Shown here one piece after another: positions 1 through 9,989 of a DNA stretch of 32,170 bases (position 1 is its first letter; each line of letters begins with the position of its first letter). Location of the stretch: contig JBJCIZ010000631.1 in the NCBI GenBank assembly GCA_051294375.1, forward strand, positions 1 through 32,170. The letters are read 5' to 3'. The position numbers and the translations under genes were made by a program. The DNA is from Paraspadella gotoi (taxonomy: Eukaryota > Animalia > Chaetognatha). The notes under the pieces are model-generated. The model was not told where the DNA came from. It saw only the letters and a list, made by a program, of their open reading frames with translations, and searched no databases.

Positions 1-78
1 GCGCGCGACTGTAAAAGTTTCTGATGAGGGGCAGCGAACATTCTCCGGGTCCGCGCCATGGCTTCGAATCTCAGCCAT
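1..78 (-). CDS. Possible N-terminal coding segment of a gene running off the left edge (MAEIRSHGADPENVRCPSSETFTVAR...)
   Basis: Seen: ATG at 78-76 on the minus strand in a good Kozak context (agaATGG), 26 open codons to the window edge, and locally GC/CpG-rich sequence in an AT-rich background. No homology recognised; inference only. Confidence 0.25.
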   Translation of the reverse strand, partial: MAEIRSHGADPENVRCPSSETFTVAR

Positions 79-410
79 TCTGATATTTCGGACAACGCAA
101 GGAAAGAACGCCCGTCCCACCAAAAATTAACTCAACCGAGTAAAGAAAAAATGCAAAATCTGTCATCAAATACTCGCCCAAAAAGAATATAACAGTAAAA
201 AAAAACTACATCAACCAAAAAATTAATTCGACGCCTGCGCATTGTCAATTGATGACTCAACCTTGGATTTTTAATCCCTTTCCTCAAAAGTATTCCATGA
301 GACAAAGTGCCAAAGAAACCAAGAAAATTCTTTCTTCGTGATTCAAAACCCATTTAAATTCGGATTTATCTTCTGCTTCACAACCTCCGCTTGTCTTAAC
401 GCCTCAAAGC

Positions 411-421
411 GCCGCCATTTT
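411..421 (-). promoter_or_regulatory. YY1-like motif (AAAATGGCGGC), possibly near the TSS of the left-edge gene
   Basis: Seen: GCCGCCATTTT on + at the boundary of the CpG-richer 1-425 segment. Established: AANATGGCG is the YY1 consensus, often found just downstream of TSSs. Function not demonstrable from sequence. Confidence 0.3.
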
Positions 422-427
422 ACGAGT

Positions 428-516
428 TGATGAGAACGAAATACACGTTCGAAAACATGTCTGCTATACAAATAAAATTCATTAGGAAAAACTAAAAAAA
501 ATTATTATTTCGTCTA
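428..516 (+). mobile_element. Penelope-like pseudo-LTR fragment with 5'-truncated hammerhead-like motif (family 1, copy 1)
   Basis: Seen: TGATGA-GAACG-aaataca-CGTTC-GAAA-ACATGT-C-tgcta, followed by an A-rich tail ending ttcgtcta; homologous to both arms of 1031-1223. Core C3 and the 5' strand of stem I are missing. Confidence 0.6.
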
Positions 517-1030
517 AAAAAATGATAATCAAAGCTTATGGGGTCTATCATCGAAGGAATTGAATAGTGATAAGTCAATTATTTTTTTGGTAAAGGAAAG
601 TAGCAAAACAATTTTATCTCTTATTGTAGACATAAACAAAAATTTATAATTAAGAAAAAAAATTCAGTTTGTTCATACCTATATTTATATGATCCATTAT
701 TTTATTTTTGTAATTAAAAAAAAATTTACTAAAATATAATTTTATTTTTTACTTTCAAACTATAATTTTAAGATTTAGCATCATTAAACAACGGCTTTAT
801 AAGACTAATATTTTTTATAATTAACTTAAAAGCAATAAAAAACAAAGATAAAATTTTATTCTATAAAAAATTAATTGTAATAACCATTTATAATATTCAT
901 ATTCATCCCTAAACATATTGATAAATTATATTGATACTTAATTGATACTTAATTATAATATTAAAAATTTAACAAAAGTAAATAAATTCTTTTTTCTTCT
1001 TTTTAATATTTATAATTAATTAAAAGAATT

Positions 1031-1223
1031 TAGACGAATAACAATTTTTAGTTTTTCACAACTGAATTTTTTGATTTGGGTATGGTAGCAGACAATATGT
1101 TTTCGAACGTGTATTTCGTTCATCATCATCAGTGCTGAACGAAATACACGTTCGAAAGCATTTCTGCTACCATACAAATAAAAATTCGTTTTTGTGAAAA
1201 ACTAAAAATTGTTATTTCGTCTA
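1031..1223. mobile_element. ~190-bp palindrome of two inverted family-1 hammerhead/pLTR-like modules
   Basis: Seen: arm 1031-1121 (tagacgaataac...tttcgaacgtgtatttcgttc) is the reverse complement of arm 1137-1223 (gaacgaaatacacgttcgaaa...tttcgtcta), with a 15-nt centre. The PLE assignment is inferred from the ribozyme-like core and the inverted arrangement. Confidence 0.65.
1087..1136 (-). ncRNA. Minimal type I hammerhead ribozyme-like motif (degenerate)
   Basis: Minus strand reads AGCA-CUGAUGA-ugau-GAACG-aaauaca-CGUUC-GAAA-ACAuauUGU-C-UGCU. It has stem I AGCA:UGCU, stem II GAACG:CGUUC, a short stem III and a GUC cleavage triplet. It carries an extra UGA after the core and one extra A after GAAA relative to the canonical core. 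Confidence 0.6.
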
Positions 1224-1745
1224 ATCATTCTACCCAACGAAAAGAAAGATTACAAACAAAAAAAGAAAGTTTAAAACAAAATCAGTCAATACTTAAATTT
1301 TGAATTCATTCCTAATTTTTAAAAATTTTTTGAGATAAAATGAAAAAATATTTTTAAAAATTACATTTAAACACAAATTAAAATTTGAAAAAAGAATTTC
1401 TTCTCACCGATTATTTTTAAAAAAATTAAGCATACCTGAATTATATCAAATTTTTTAAATTACTTTCGCCTTAATGATTGGCAGAAAAAAAATTATTTGT
1501 TAAAACCAACCTAAAGGAGCAAACATTATGAAACGTTTCAAATTTAATTTATGGCAGATTGTCTTTTTTTAAAAAATCTCAATCCAGTAGTTTTTATATT
1601 GGTGCATATTTGTACAAAATTTTCAGGCGTGGCCCAAACAATACATTTTAATCTATGGACAGCAAATTTTAAATATAATCGAAGTGGTATTTGGCCTTCA
1701 CATTAAAGTTGCTGTGTTTTCTTGTGTTGGTGAATGTAAAAAAAA

Positions 1746-1779
1746 AGAGAGAGAAGAGAGAGAGAGAGCAACCAGAGAT

Positions 1780-1810
<31 letters not shown>
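1746..1810 (+). repeat. Imperfect (GA)n microsatellite
   Basis: Directly visible GA runs; similar runs at about 1974-2003, 2169-2212, 3300-3316, 3473-3500 and 3590-3625. Confidence 0.85.
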
Positions 1811-1959
1811 CTGACGTTCGTGAATGTGAAAGATAATGATAAGGAAAAAAGTCTTAAAAAAGCAATAAGGATCAAGCCATGATAAAGTCGCATTCATTGA
1901 TTCGCGATGATAGTCTCATTGCGCGATGAATCATTCATCGTAAATAAAAACAAGCAAAT

Positions 1960-3463
1960 GCGTGTATGAAGTAAGAGAAGAGAGAGAGAGAGAGAAGAGA
2001 GAGCTGGACAGTTTCCCGCCAACGAAACACGGATATTTATTAGGGAAGTCCTCTCGATTAACAGAATCTATTTGCGGAAATCAGTCATGATTAAATTTGG
2101 GATTTTTGTATGTGAGAAAAAAGCGCGGAATAAATGGCGATATAAAAGTTTTAGAGAGAAAAAAAAAAGAAGAGAGAAGAGAAGAGAGAGAGAGAGAGAA
2201 GAGAGAGAGAGGAAGCTGGACAGCCGCTGGAACCGCCGCTGGCGCGCCGCTGCACGAGCTGAACGCATTTCCGACGAAATATGAGTAGGGGACGAACTTT
2301 TTTCCTTTCTATAAAAAAATATTACAAAAAAAATATTTGGGTATAGAGCCAATAAAGAAATTTTTGTACTTGAAAAGTAAACTTAAAAATGGCTATGAAT
2401 TTTCGTTTGAGCAATGTTTCCCATACTACAATTTTTGATTCACCCATTGAGAGGGCTACCCCCTATTCAAAAGAAAAAAAATAAACTAAACTCTTTTCAA
2501 TAATAAGTCGATCCAAAATTGATAAATCCCTATTAACAAAAATATATAGTTTGAAAATACTCAGTTTAAACGACTATGATCATTTTGACTTCCAAATATT
2601 TTATTTTACATCAATGATTCCTCATTTTAAAAAAATTTAACATCTTGGAATGAATTTTTGATGTTCTTATTTTTAGGAAGAAACCAGACCAGAGGTCAAA
2701 TTTTTATATTTGCATATTTAATTAATTTATAAATAGTATCACAAACTCAAATAATTATTTATTTAAAAAAGATAAAAATAATTAAATATATAACTAAAAA
2801 TATTTAAATTTAAATAATAGATAATTATTATCGAATATTTTTTCAATAAAAAAGTAAGTGTTTTATGTAAATTTTTGACTGGCGTATGAATCCTCCTCTT
2901 ATACACTCCCCTATTTAGATATAATGTTGCCAATGTCTGGGCTATGACATAGCTATCGGTTTTTTTAACTAAAGTTATCATATACGGATTAATATTTTAA
3001 TAATACAAATTTATTTTTTTTAAATGTAATGCATATTGTTCGCTTCTGAGATTAGTGCTTGCTAATAATAAGTCCACATATAGCTGATTTACATGTGACA
3101 ATGCATGTCATATATAAGTATTCTTCACTTTTTTAAAAAATGTATCCACGAAAATCTCGGATTAGTAAATTTTGGGATTTTGTATTGAGAAAAAAGCCCA
3201 AATTAAAAGTTTTTAGAAAAAGAAAAACATACATCATAATTTTGTCAAAAAAAGAACGATCACGCAAGAGATCGTAAGAGAGAACGAGACAGAAAAGAAA
3301 GAGAGAGAGAGAGAGAAAATTTTTTTTTTTTTTTTTTTTTAAATTTGGGATCTTTGTATTGAGAAAGAAAATAAATGGCGGAAATAAAAGTTTTTTAGAA
3401 GGAAAGAAATCATAAGAATTTTTCAAAAAATGGTGGTAAAAAAAAGTGAATATTTTTTTTGTA

Positions 3464-3497
<34 letters not shown>

Positions 3498-3590
3498 GGA
3501 AGGGAGACGGCGGAGGGAGAAGAGAGGAGAGAGAGGCCTGTCGTTTTTTTTAAACGATTCAGAAAAAGAAAAATAATCAGAATTTTCAAA

Positions 3591-3621
<31 letters not shown>

Positions 3622-3670
3622 GACAAAGCTTGGACAGCTGCTTGAAAGGGCCGCTGTAGCATCAGTGGCA
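1960..3670 (+). repeat. Modular interspersed repeat region, plus orientation
   Basis: Seen: module aaatttgggattttgtattgagaaaaaa(gcgcgg)aataaatggcg..aaaagtttttagaa at about 2093, 3167 and 3341, each followed by (GA)n. The motif (GA)n-GCT(T)GGACAG recurs at about 2002, 2214 and 3628. Reverse-complement copies occur at 8680-11045. Boundaries approximate. Confidence 0.6.
2483..2635 (+). repeat. ~150-bp block with an inverted homologue at 8353-8497
   Basis: Seen: atccctattaacaaaa...gactatgat..ttttgacttccaaatatttt...ttcctcattttaaaaaaa matches the reverse complement of ttttttaaaatgaggaa...aaaatatttggaagtcaaaaa..atcatagtc...ttttgttaatagggat. Confidence 0.75.
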
Positions 3671-3673
3671 TAA

Positions 3674-3754
3674 TTTTTTTTTTTTTTTTTTTTTTATATA
3701 CAAATATGTGATATACAATTTTTTTTTTTTTTTTTTTTTTGTTTTTTTTTTATT
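3674..3754 (-). other. AATAAA signal plus double poly(A) tail
   Basis: On +: T22 (3674-3695), a 23-nt spacer, T22 (3719-3740), G, T10 (3742-3751). TTTATT at 3749-3754. Confidence 0.7.
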
Positions 3755-3862
3755 AATAGCCAAAAACAGTAATTGACGATAACTAAAAATATAAAAGAGT
3801 ATCAGGATGGAAAAACTAGATTAATGCAGTAAACAAAAGACCCTAAATAAAAACTGAAACAT

Positions 3863-4198
3863 AAAACTAAACTCTATTAGAAATTCAATCGAAAAACAAA
3901 AAGAAGCACTAAACGTTTAAATACTCATTAATATATAATGTTATTGAAGCTAATTCAATAAGAAAACTATAAAATACGTTTAAAATCATTAATAAATGTT
4001 ATGAACTAATTCATAAGAAACTATAAAAAATAATGTTCAAGAACGTTCAAGATGGATAAACAAAGTAAAACTAAAAGCTACATATTGAAATTCATAAAAA
4101 CAAAAGACACTAACGTTTTAAAAATCATGTAATAATGTTATGAACTAATTCAATAAGAAACTATAAAAATAACGTTCAAGAACGTTTAAGGGATCAAA
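3863..4198. repeat. Diverged tandem triplication in the putative LINE 3' UTR
   Basis: acgttt..aa.tcat..taa..atgttatgaactaattcaataagaaactataaaa occurs three times (about 3913, 3977 and 4113); flanking parts occur twice. Confidence 0.7.
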
Positions 4199-4678
4199 TG
4201 TAAAAAATGCATAAACTGGAAAACTAAAAAACGAAAATTCAAATGTCAAAGAAGAAGGCAATAGTTTTTATTTAATTTGTAATTTTTATTTTTTGAATAA
4301 TGCGTAAAATAAAACAAAAAATATGTACAACAAAGACAAAACAAAAAATATAAGCATAAACGAAAAATATGTTAGATAAACGTTCAAAGATAATGCGGTA
4401 AAAACCAAAACAAAATATATGAAAACAAGAACAAAACAAATATAAAGCATTATTGAAACATGAGCAAAAAATAAAACTAAAAAACATTATAAAAATGTTT
4501 AATATTCAGGTTTTATTTTTATAAAAAGTCATTATAAGCATTTAATGCCTGGAGTATAACTATAACATATTCCTAAAAATATATATTTATAAAGTGTTTA
4601 AGTAAAGGGCAGAGGGAACCACATTACTATTGAATAGAATATTCAAATAAATATAAGTACGCAGATCAACAGAAAAAA

Positions 4679-4886
4679 GATACTAATTAAAACAGAAATG
4701 AGACGCTAAACAGATACACAAACAACATGAGAACGCTAACAGAAAATAAAAAACACTATATCACGTAAGTGGTAGAATACTAATTAAAACAGACAAAGAG
4801 ACGCTAAAATGATAATGAGACGACTAACAGATACACAAAAAAGACATGAGACGCTAACAGAAACAAAAAAACTATATCACGTAAAG
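4679..4886. repeat. ~100-bp tandem duplication built from gagacgctaacag subunits
   Basis: atactaattaaaacaga...gagacgctaacagaaa..aaaaa.actatatcacgtaa at about 4680-4769 and 4777-4886. Confidence 0.75.
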
Positions 4887-4999
4887 TGTAAAAGTCAGAA
4901 TACACAAATTATATAATGTAAGTTTAATTTTTTATTTTTAAACGCTAAAACAAAAATAAGAATGCTAACAAAATACTCAAACATGTAATAAAAAATATA

Positions 5000-7900
5000 A
5001 AATATGTGGTCGCCTCAATACGCCAATACGAATGCCCTCATTGGTTAAATAAGTTCCAATAACAATTTTAACCGTTTAAATTAAGTTACCCACTCTATAG
5101 TCGCCATCCTCAATTTAATGTACCCCCAGTACATTACAACAAGTAAGATTCTTTTTTTAAAACTTCCCAATCTGCCATTAATTTGGCCACCCAATATTTT
5201 GTTCTAAATCCTTTCTGCAAAATGATAACAAATATTTTCCACAGTCTTTCAAACTGCCCGACTCAACATACCTAAATCCTCTCTGCTCTCATCTTAATAT
5301 AACAGATCGCTTAAGTAAATCCTAATTTATTTCTTAACCTGCACCCTAGCACCTTGTCCATTAAGCCTAAGCTCATCTCCTCGGTTATCTTACTTGCTTC
5401 ATCAATTTTAACAAGTGTCACATTCACTTCTCCAAAGTCTTACAACCACTTCGCACAGAGTCAAAATATGCCATCGTTTCACGTGCTAAAACACCACAAA
5501 GATCAAACAAATCCATCACGCTGCTTTCCCTACATAGGCATAATCCATGTATCTGTCCAGAAATTTAGAATTTACCCTGGCGCAAATAGAAGATCTAACA
5601 TAGATAAAGTATTCAAGAGTACATATTGCTAGTCCCGACAGATGGCCTGCCACTCATTAGTTAAACTAAACTCCAGTACTCTTTCCCATTCTCTCAATAA
5701 TGCCTTCCACTGCTACACATTAATTCATCAATTGAGAATAAGTTTTCTGCAAAGACAATTTCACGTCACTACTCTATTCGCTCCCTGTACCTCTAAAATG
5801 AGTCTAGGAGGAGAATGATCAAGTTGGGACAAATGTATTTAACTAGTTCCATCACTCTACAATTGGATAATCAAAAAAATCCTTTTATCTCTGAAGCGAT
5901 GGAGTTTCAATTCATTGGCATATTCAAAAATTGGACCAACAGTCTCAATTCCTCGTTCTACTATATACTACGACATTTAAAGCTATTCCAATGCTGAATC
6001 AGTCACATTTGCATTATATAAAATGGTAATCATCAAACAGGCAAATACCAGGTTCAAATTTGAAAGGCAAGCATGACCAAAGCCCTTACAGCTCAGCATC
6101 AAAACCCGACCAATACCAATGGTAATCCCGCTACTTTGCCCTCAGGCTATCCAATCCATAAAAGCCACATGCTTGTGTCTCCAATAAGCTCAATCTGCTA
6201 AAACTCTAGCAAAAGATTCCTTAAGGCATGCTTAACAACCTTTTAAATCCACATTATTCTCTGTGCTTTAACCTTATCTCTGATATCCATTTATTGTGCT
6301 CCACCATTATAATAAGAATTCCCTCAGCCTATACCTTAGAATCTCTTTTCTACCAATAAAACATCCAATTTTCTACCTCAGTTCTAAGGCATCAATATCT
6401 CCCCACGGAGGCGTCAACAATTCTGATCATATACCATAAAGCAGAATATACAGAAATATATTAGTAACCTTTTGCCCTTCCTAAGGTTGACAATGGCCCG
6501 AGTTTCCAGAAGGGTCAACTTTGACTAATAATTAAAACATCAGCAAAATTTGCTTTTATCAAATCACCTCGACCTACCCACATTCCTAGGACCTTTGCCA
6601 TGTCTTTCCACGCCAGACCACAGAAATCTTTAGCTTTATCCTTCCAAGGCCCTAACCACAACCCCACTGACTTACCCCTGTTAACCCTTGACCCTGCTGC
6701 CCTTTCATAGCAAACTGCCTTTTCCATAAACCTCTCTACCGATGCCTCTGACCCCAGGAAACCCTGTGTGTCATCAACATAGACCCCTACTTTTCTCTCA
6801 GCCCCTTTAATTTTAATATCTTCTATCATTCTATTCTTCCTAATGAAGTTTGCAAAAACCTCAGCCACTAATATATATAGGGTCATTGAAGGAGAATCAC
6901 CCTGTCTCAATCCCCTGTCAACCAATATCTCATCAGACCAATGCCCATTAACTAATATTCTACTCGTTACCTTATTATAGAAGGTCTTTACCCAACTAAT
7001 TAAATTTCTACCAAAACCAAATATTTTAAAGTCTTTAAAACCATACTGTGGTCAACCCTGTCAAAATATTTCTCAAGATCCAAAAAAACAAAAGCACCTC
7101 CTACCTCATGAATTCTACAATAATCAATGACATCCTGTATTACATGCAAAACATCTGAAATTTTTCTCCCTGGCAAGCCTGCCTGATCCTCATGCACCAA
7201 TCATTTTATAATCTACATTTACTAAACTGACAGGTCTATAATTTTTGACATCCTCTCTATCACCCTTCTTATATATATATATATATCACCCTTCCACTCT
7301 GAAAAACGCACTCAATCACCTCCATAAAGTCATTTGCCACCAAACCCCAAAAGCATTTCCAGAATTCTGCAGGGAAACCATCAGCCCCAGGCGACTTACC
7401 AGAGGCCATTCCCCTTAGAACCTGTTCTACTTCTTCCTTCTCAATCATTCTATCACACCTATCTTTTTGCTGGTCAGTCAGTCTCCTATCCACTTGATTT
7501 AAAAATTCATCTTGAATATTTTCATCAATATCCCCTTTACTAAACATTCCCTATATAATGTTCATGAGCAACATGTAGAACCCTCTGACCCTTTCTAAAC
7601 CTGCCTTGTTTATCTTTTAATGCTATTAAATTAACCATTAAATCTCATTTTTCTCAACCCTACTAAAATAAGCTAAACTTGGTTCCCTAGTCTCAAATGA
7701 GGTGCTCTAGACCTTATCCTTGCCCCTCAGCTCCTTCCTCTCTTCTTCTTCTACAACCTTTCTTTGACATAAGCCAAATGCTTCATTAAAAATAGATCCC
7801 CGACCATTTCGAATTTCATTTCTAACCTTTCTTTTTCTTTTTCCAAACCTCTAATAATCCTACTTTCTCTCAATCTCTTTCTCCTTGCATAATCTATAGT

Positions 7901-8345
7901 AACACTGTGCAAAACAGATTTTCCACAGTCCCCCATTCCCTATATTTTCAAACTCAATCTTACTCTGTCTAAAATCTTCCCATGTCTCCCTAACAAGTTG
8001 AATATATTCAATATCAAGTAGCAAAGAAACATTAAATTTCCAAATCCACAACCTATTTTTAATTTTTCTTTAAATTCGACATTTACATTTTATGCCCATA
8101 ATTTACCCAGGGACAAGCTGAGAAGTGATCTTACCCACTTCCCCTGCTATCGTCATATCAGCATAAACTCTATCAATCCTACTTTCAATATTACCAGCCC
8201 ATTTAAAAGTAAAAAACAATATCATCACCATTTAAAAGTCTAAAAATCTTGCAACAGCATCTCCTTATTACAGTCTGCAAAAAATCGTACCAAGAGCCTG
8301 ATCATATCTTGTCAGCAAATCACTCCCTCTATCAATATTATTATA
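5000..8345 (-). pseudogene. LINE ORF2 pseudogene: C-terminal half of APE endonuclease, reverse transcriptase and decayed C-terminal domain
   Basis: Motifs occur in the expected order across frameshifts: ESRIDRVY (~8164-8187), WKFNVSLL (~8022-8045), GKSPGADGFPAEFWK (~7355-7400), YKKGDREDVKNYRPVSLVNVDYK (~7205-7272), DQAGLPGRKISD, FLDLEKYFDRVDH (~7049-7087), RGLRQGD (~6896-6916), YVDD (~6770-6781), GSRVNRGKS, and a possible ETVEHLF-like relic (~5215-5250). The 3' end of the ORF is approximate. Confidence 0.92.
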
Positions 8346-9129
8346 AAGATTATTTTTTTTTAAAATGAGGAAATAACATTTTTTTTGATAAGTAAAAAAA
8401 ATATTTGGAAGTCAAAAATATCATAGTCATTAACAGAGTATTTTGTTAATAGGGATTATAATTCTTTGATTTTTATTATTGAAAATAGTTTAGCTTTATC
8501 GCGACAAGTTTTCATTTCATACAATCAATATCAATCTCATTCATTTTCAATAATATGCAAATAGTTAAGGTTTTCAACCTCATTTTGAACTAGAAGAACA
8601 AAAGTCTTCAGTCTTTATACTTAATCACACACTAACAAAACAATTTTATTTATATCACGTTCTAAATATTTGTTTGCAGTCTCTCTCTGTCTCACTCTCT
8701 CTCTGTCTCTCTCTCTGTGTGTCTTTCTCTCTCTGTGTGTCTCTGTCTCACTCTCTCTCTGTGTCTGTTTCTCTCTGTATGATCTCTTGCGTGATCGTTC
8801 GTTTTTTGAAAATTCTGATTATTTTTTTCCTTCTAAAAACTTTTATTAACGCCATTTATTCCGCGCTTTTTTTTTCAATACAAAATCCCAAATTTATATC
8901 TGAGATTTTCGTGGATTTTTTTGAGAAAATGTAAAGAATAACTTACTTGACCTGGATTTCATGGCCGTTGCAGGGCAACGAGTAAACAATGTCAAGGAAC
9001 ATGACCTAAAAACAAGTTTTGATGGCAACGGAAACGTTACGTGTATAAAAGGATCAACTTGACCGAGATCACGCCGCCGTTGCGAGGCAACGGATAACCG
9101 ATATAAAGAAATTCGGTTTTTCTTTTTAT

Positions 9130-9180
<51 letters not shown>

Positions 9181-9816
9181 TATTTTTTTCCTTCTAAAAA
9201 CTTTTATTATCACCATTTATTCCGCGCTTTTTACTCTTTACCTGGATTTCATGGCCGTTGTGAGTAGGGTTCCGATAACCGTTAACAGTTAACGGTTATT
9301 AACGGTTAAAAATAATTTTACCTTAACCGTTAATATATTTATTTTAACGGTTAAATTCGGTTAATTTTCAAGTATGATTTTTATTATGAAAATTTGATTT
9401 TTTAAGAAAAATTTTTTTTTTCCTTATTCTCCTCTCCCTTTCTCACTATATTTTTCCCCCTCTCTCTGTTCTACATTTTCCCTTTTTTTTTCTTTGTTAT
9501 TTTCAACCCTTTTAATCTTTTTATATTCTAATCTATTATCATTTTTTTCTGCCCTTTGCTTTGGTTTTTTTTTACTTACTTTCTCCCAATTCTTTTCGTT
9601 TTTCCTTTAAGCTAATTTTATACATTTACATCAAAGAATATTTTGAAATATAATATGCATCTGCATATATTTTTTTGCAAATCAAATTTTTAGATGCCAT
9701 AATATTCTATTTTGCTAATAGAAAAAATAAATAATCTTTCTTATTTTACTTTTTTTAGCTTTTTCTTTCAATTTTTCGATCATTCAACCATTCAATTAAT
9801 AAATTGATATTCGTAA

Positions 9817-9989
9817 TTAAGAGAAAACAAAGTTTATTTGTTTACAAACAACGGGTTTTTATTCCAAAAAAGGACATGTTTCGACTCTAGTTTTTCCGAG
9901 TCTACATCAGCGCGTGAGAGTCGAAACATGTCCTTTTTTTTAAATAAAAACCTGTTGTTTGTAAACAAATAAACTTTGCTTTCACTTAA
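9817..9989. mobile_element. ~173-bp palindrome carrying a hammerhead-like motif (family 2), nested in the hAT element
   Basis: Arms 9817-9888 and 9917-9989 are near-perfect reverse complements (caaagtttatttgtttacaaacaac...aggacatgtttcgactct / agagtcgaaacatgtcct...gttgtttgtaaacaaataaactttg), with a 28-nt centre. Confidence 0.75.
9872..9910 (-). ncRNA. Minimal hammerhead ribozyme-like motif (degenerate, stem I lost)
   Basis: Minus strand reads CUGAUG-U-A-GACUC-ggaaaaacua-GAGUC-GAAACAUGUC-C. Stem II is GACUC:GAGUC, and the palindromic ACAUGU stem III is as in PLE minimal hammerheads. A9 appears as U, and there is no stem I partner. Confidence 0.55.

Larger units (their letters stand above)
3674..8345 (-). 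mobile_element. 5'-truncated, degenerate non-LTR retrotransposon (L1/Tx1 clade)
   Basis: Minus-strand ORF2 relic (see pseudogene entry), then ~1.2 kb of putative 3' UTR ending in AATAAA (3754-3749) directly followed by poly(A). Membership of the 3755-5000 segment in the element is inferred. No TSD found. Confidence 0.8.

Noticed and set aside
21-52. CTGATGA at 21-27 as another hammerhead core
   Set aside because: There is no stem II pairing and no in-register GAAA or stem I.
132-353. 73-aa minus-strand ORF
   Set aside because: It is short with no recognisable motif; at most a uORF in a putative 5' UTR.
428-1128. Conventional MITE with ~90-bp TIRs
   Set aside because: No TSD was seen, and a third copy continues immediately at 1137. 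The ribozyme-like core favours a PLE-type origin, though a MITE is not fully excluded.
1924-1940. Perfect 8-bp palindrome CGATGAAT-C-ATTCATCG
   Set aside because: It is isolated, with no linked terminus or second copy, so no function can be assigned.
1669-3671. ORFs with ERER/LSLS runs (also 8674-8934 and 10543-10870)
   Set aside because: They are translations of (GA)n/(TC)n microsatellites.
5354-5997. Plus-strand ORFs 5354-5632 and 5815-5997 (also 7334-7543)
   Set aside because: They are antisense shadows of the decayed LINE ORF2.
7270-7286. (TA)n run inside the RT region
   Set aside because: It is ordinary microsatellite decay in a dead element.
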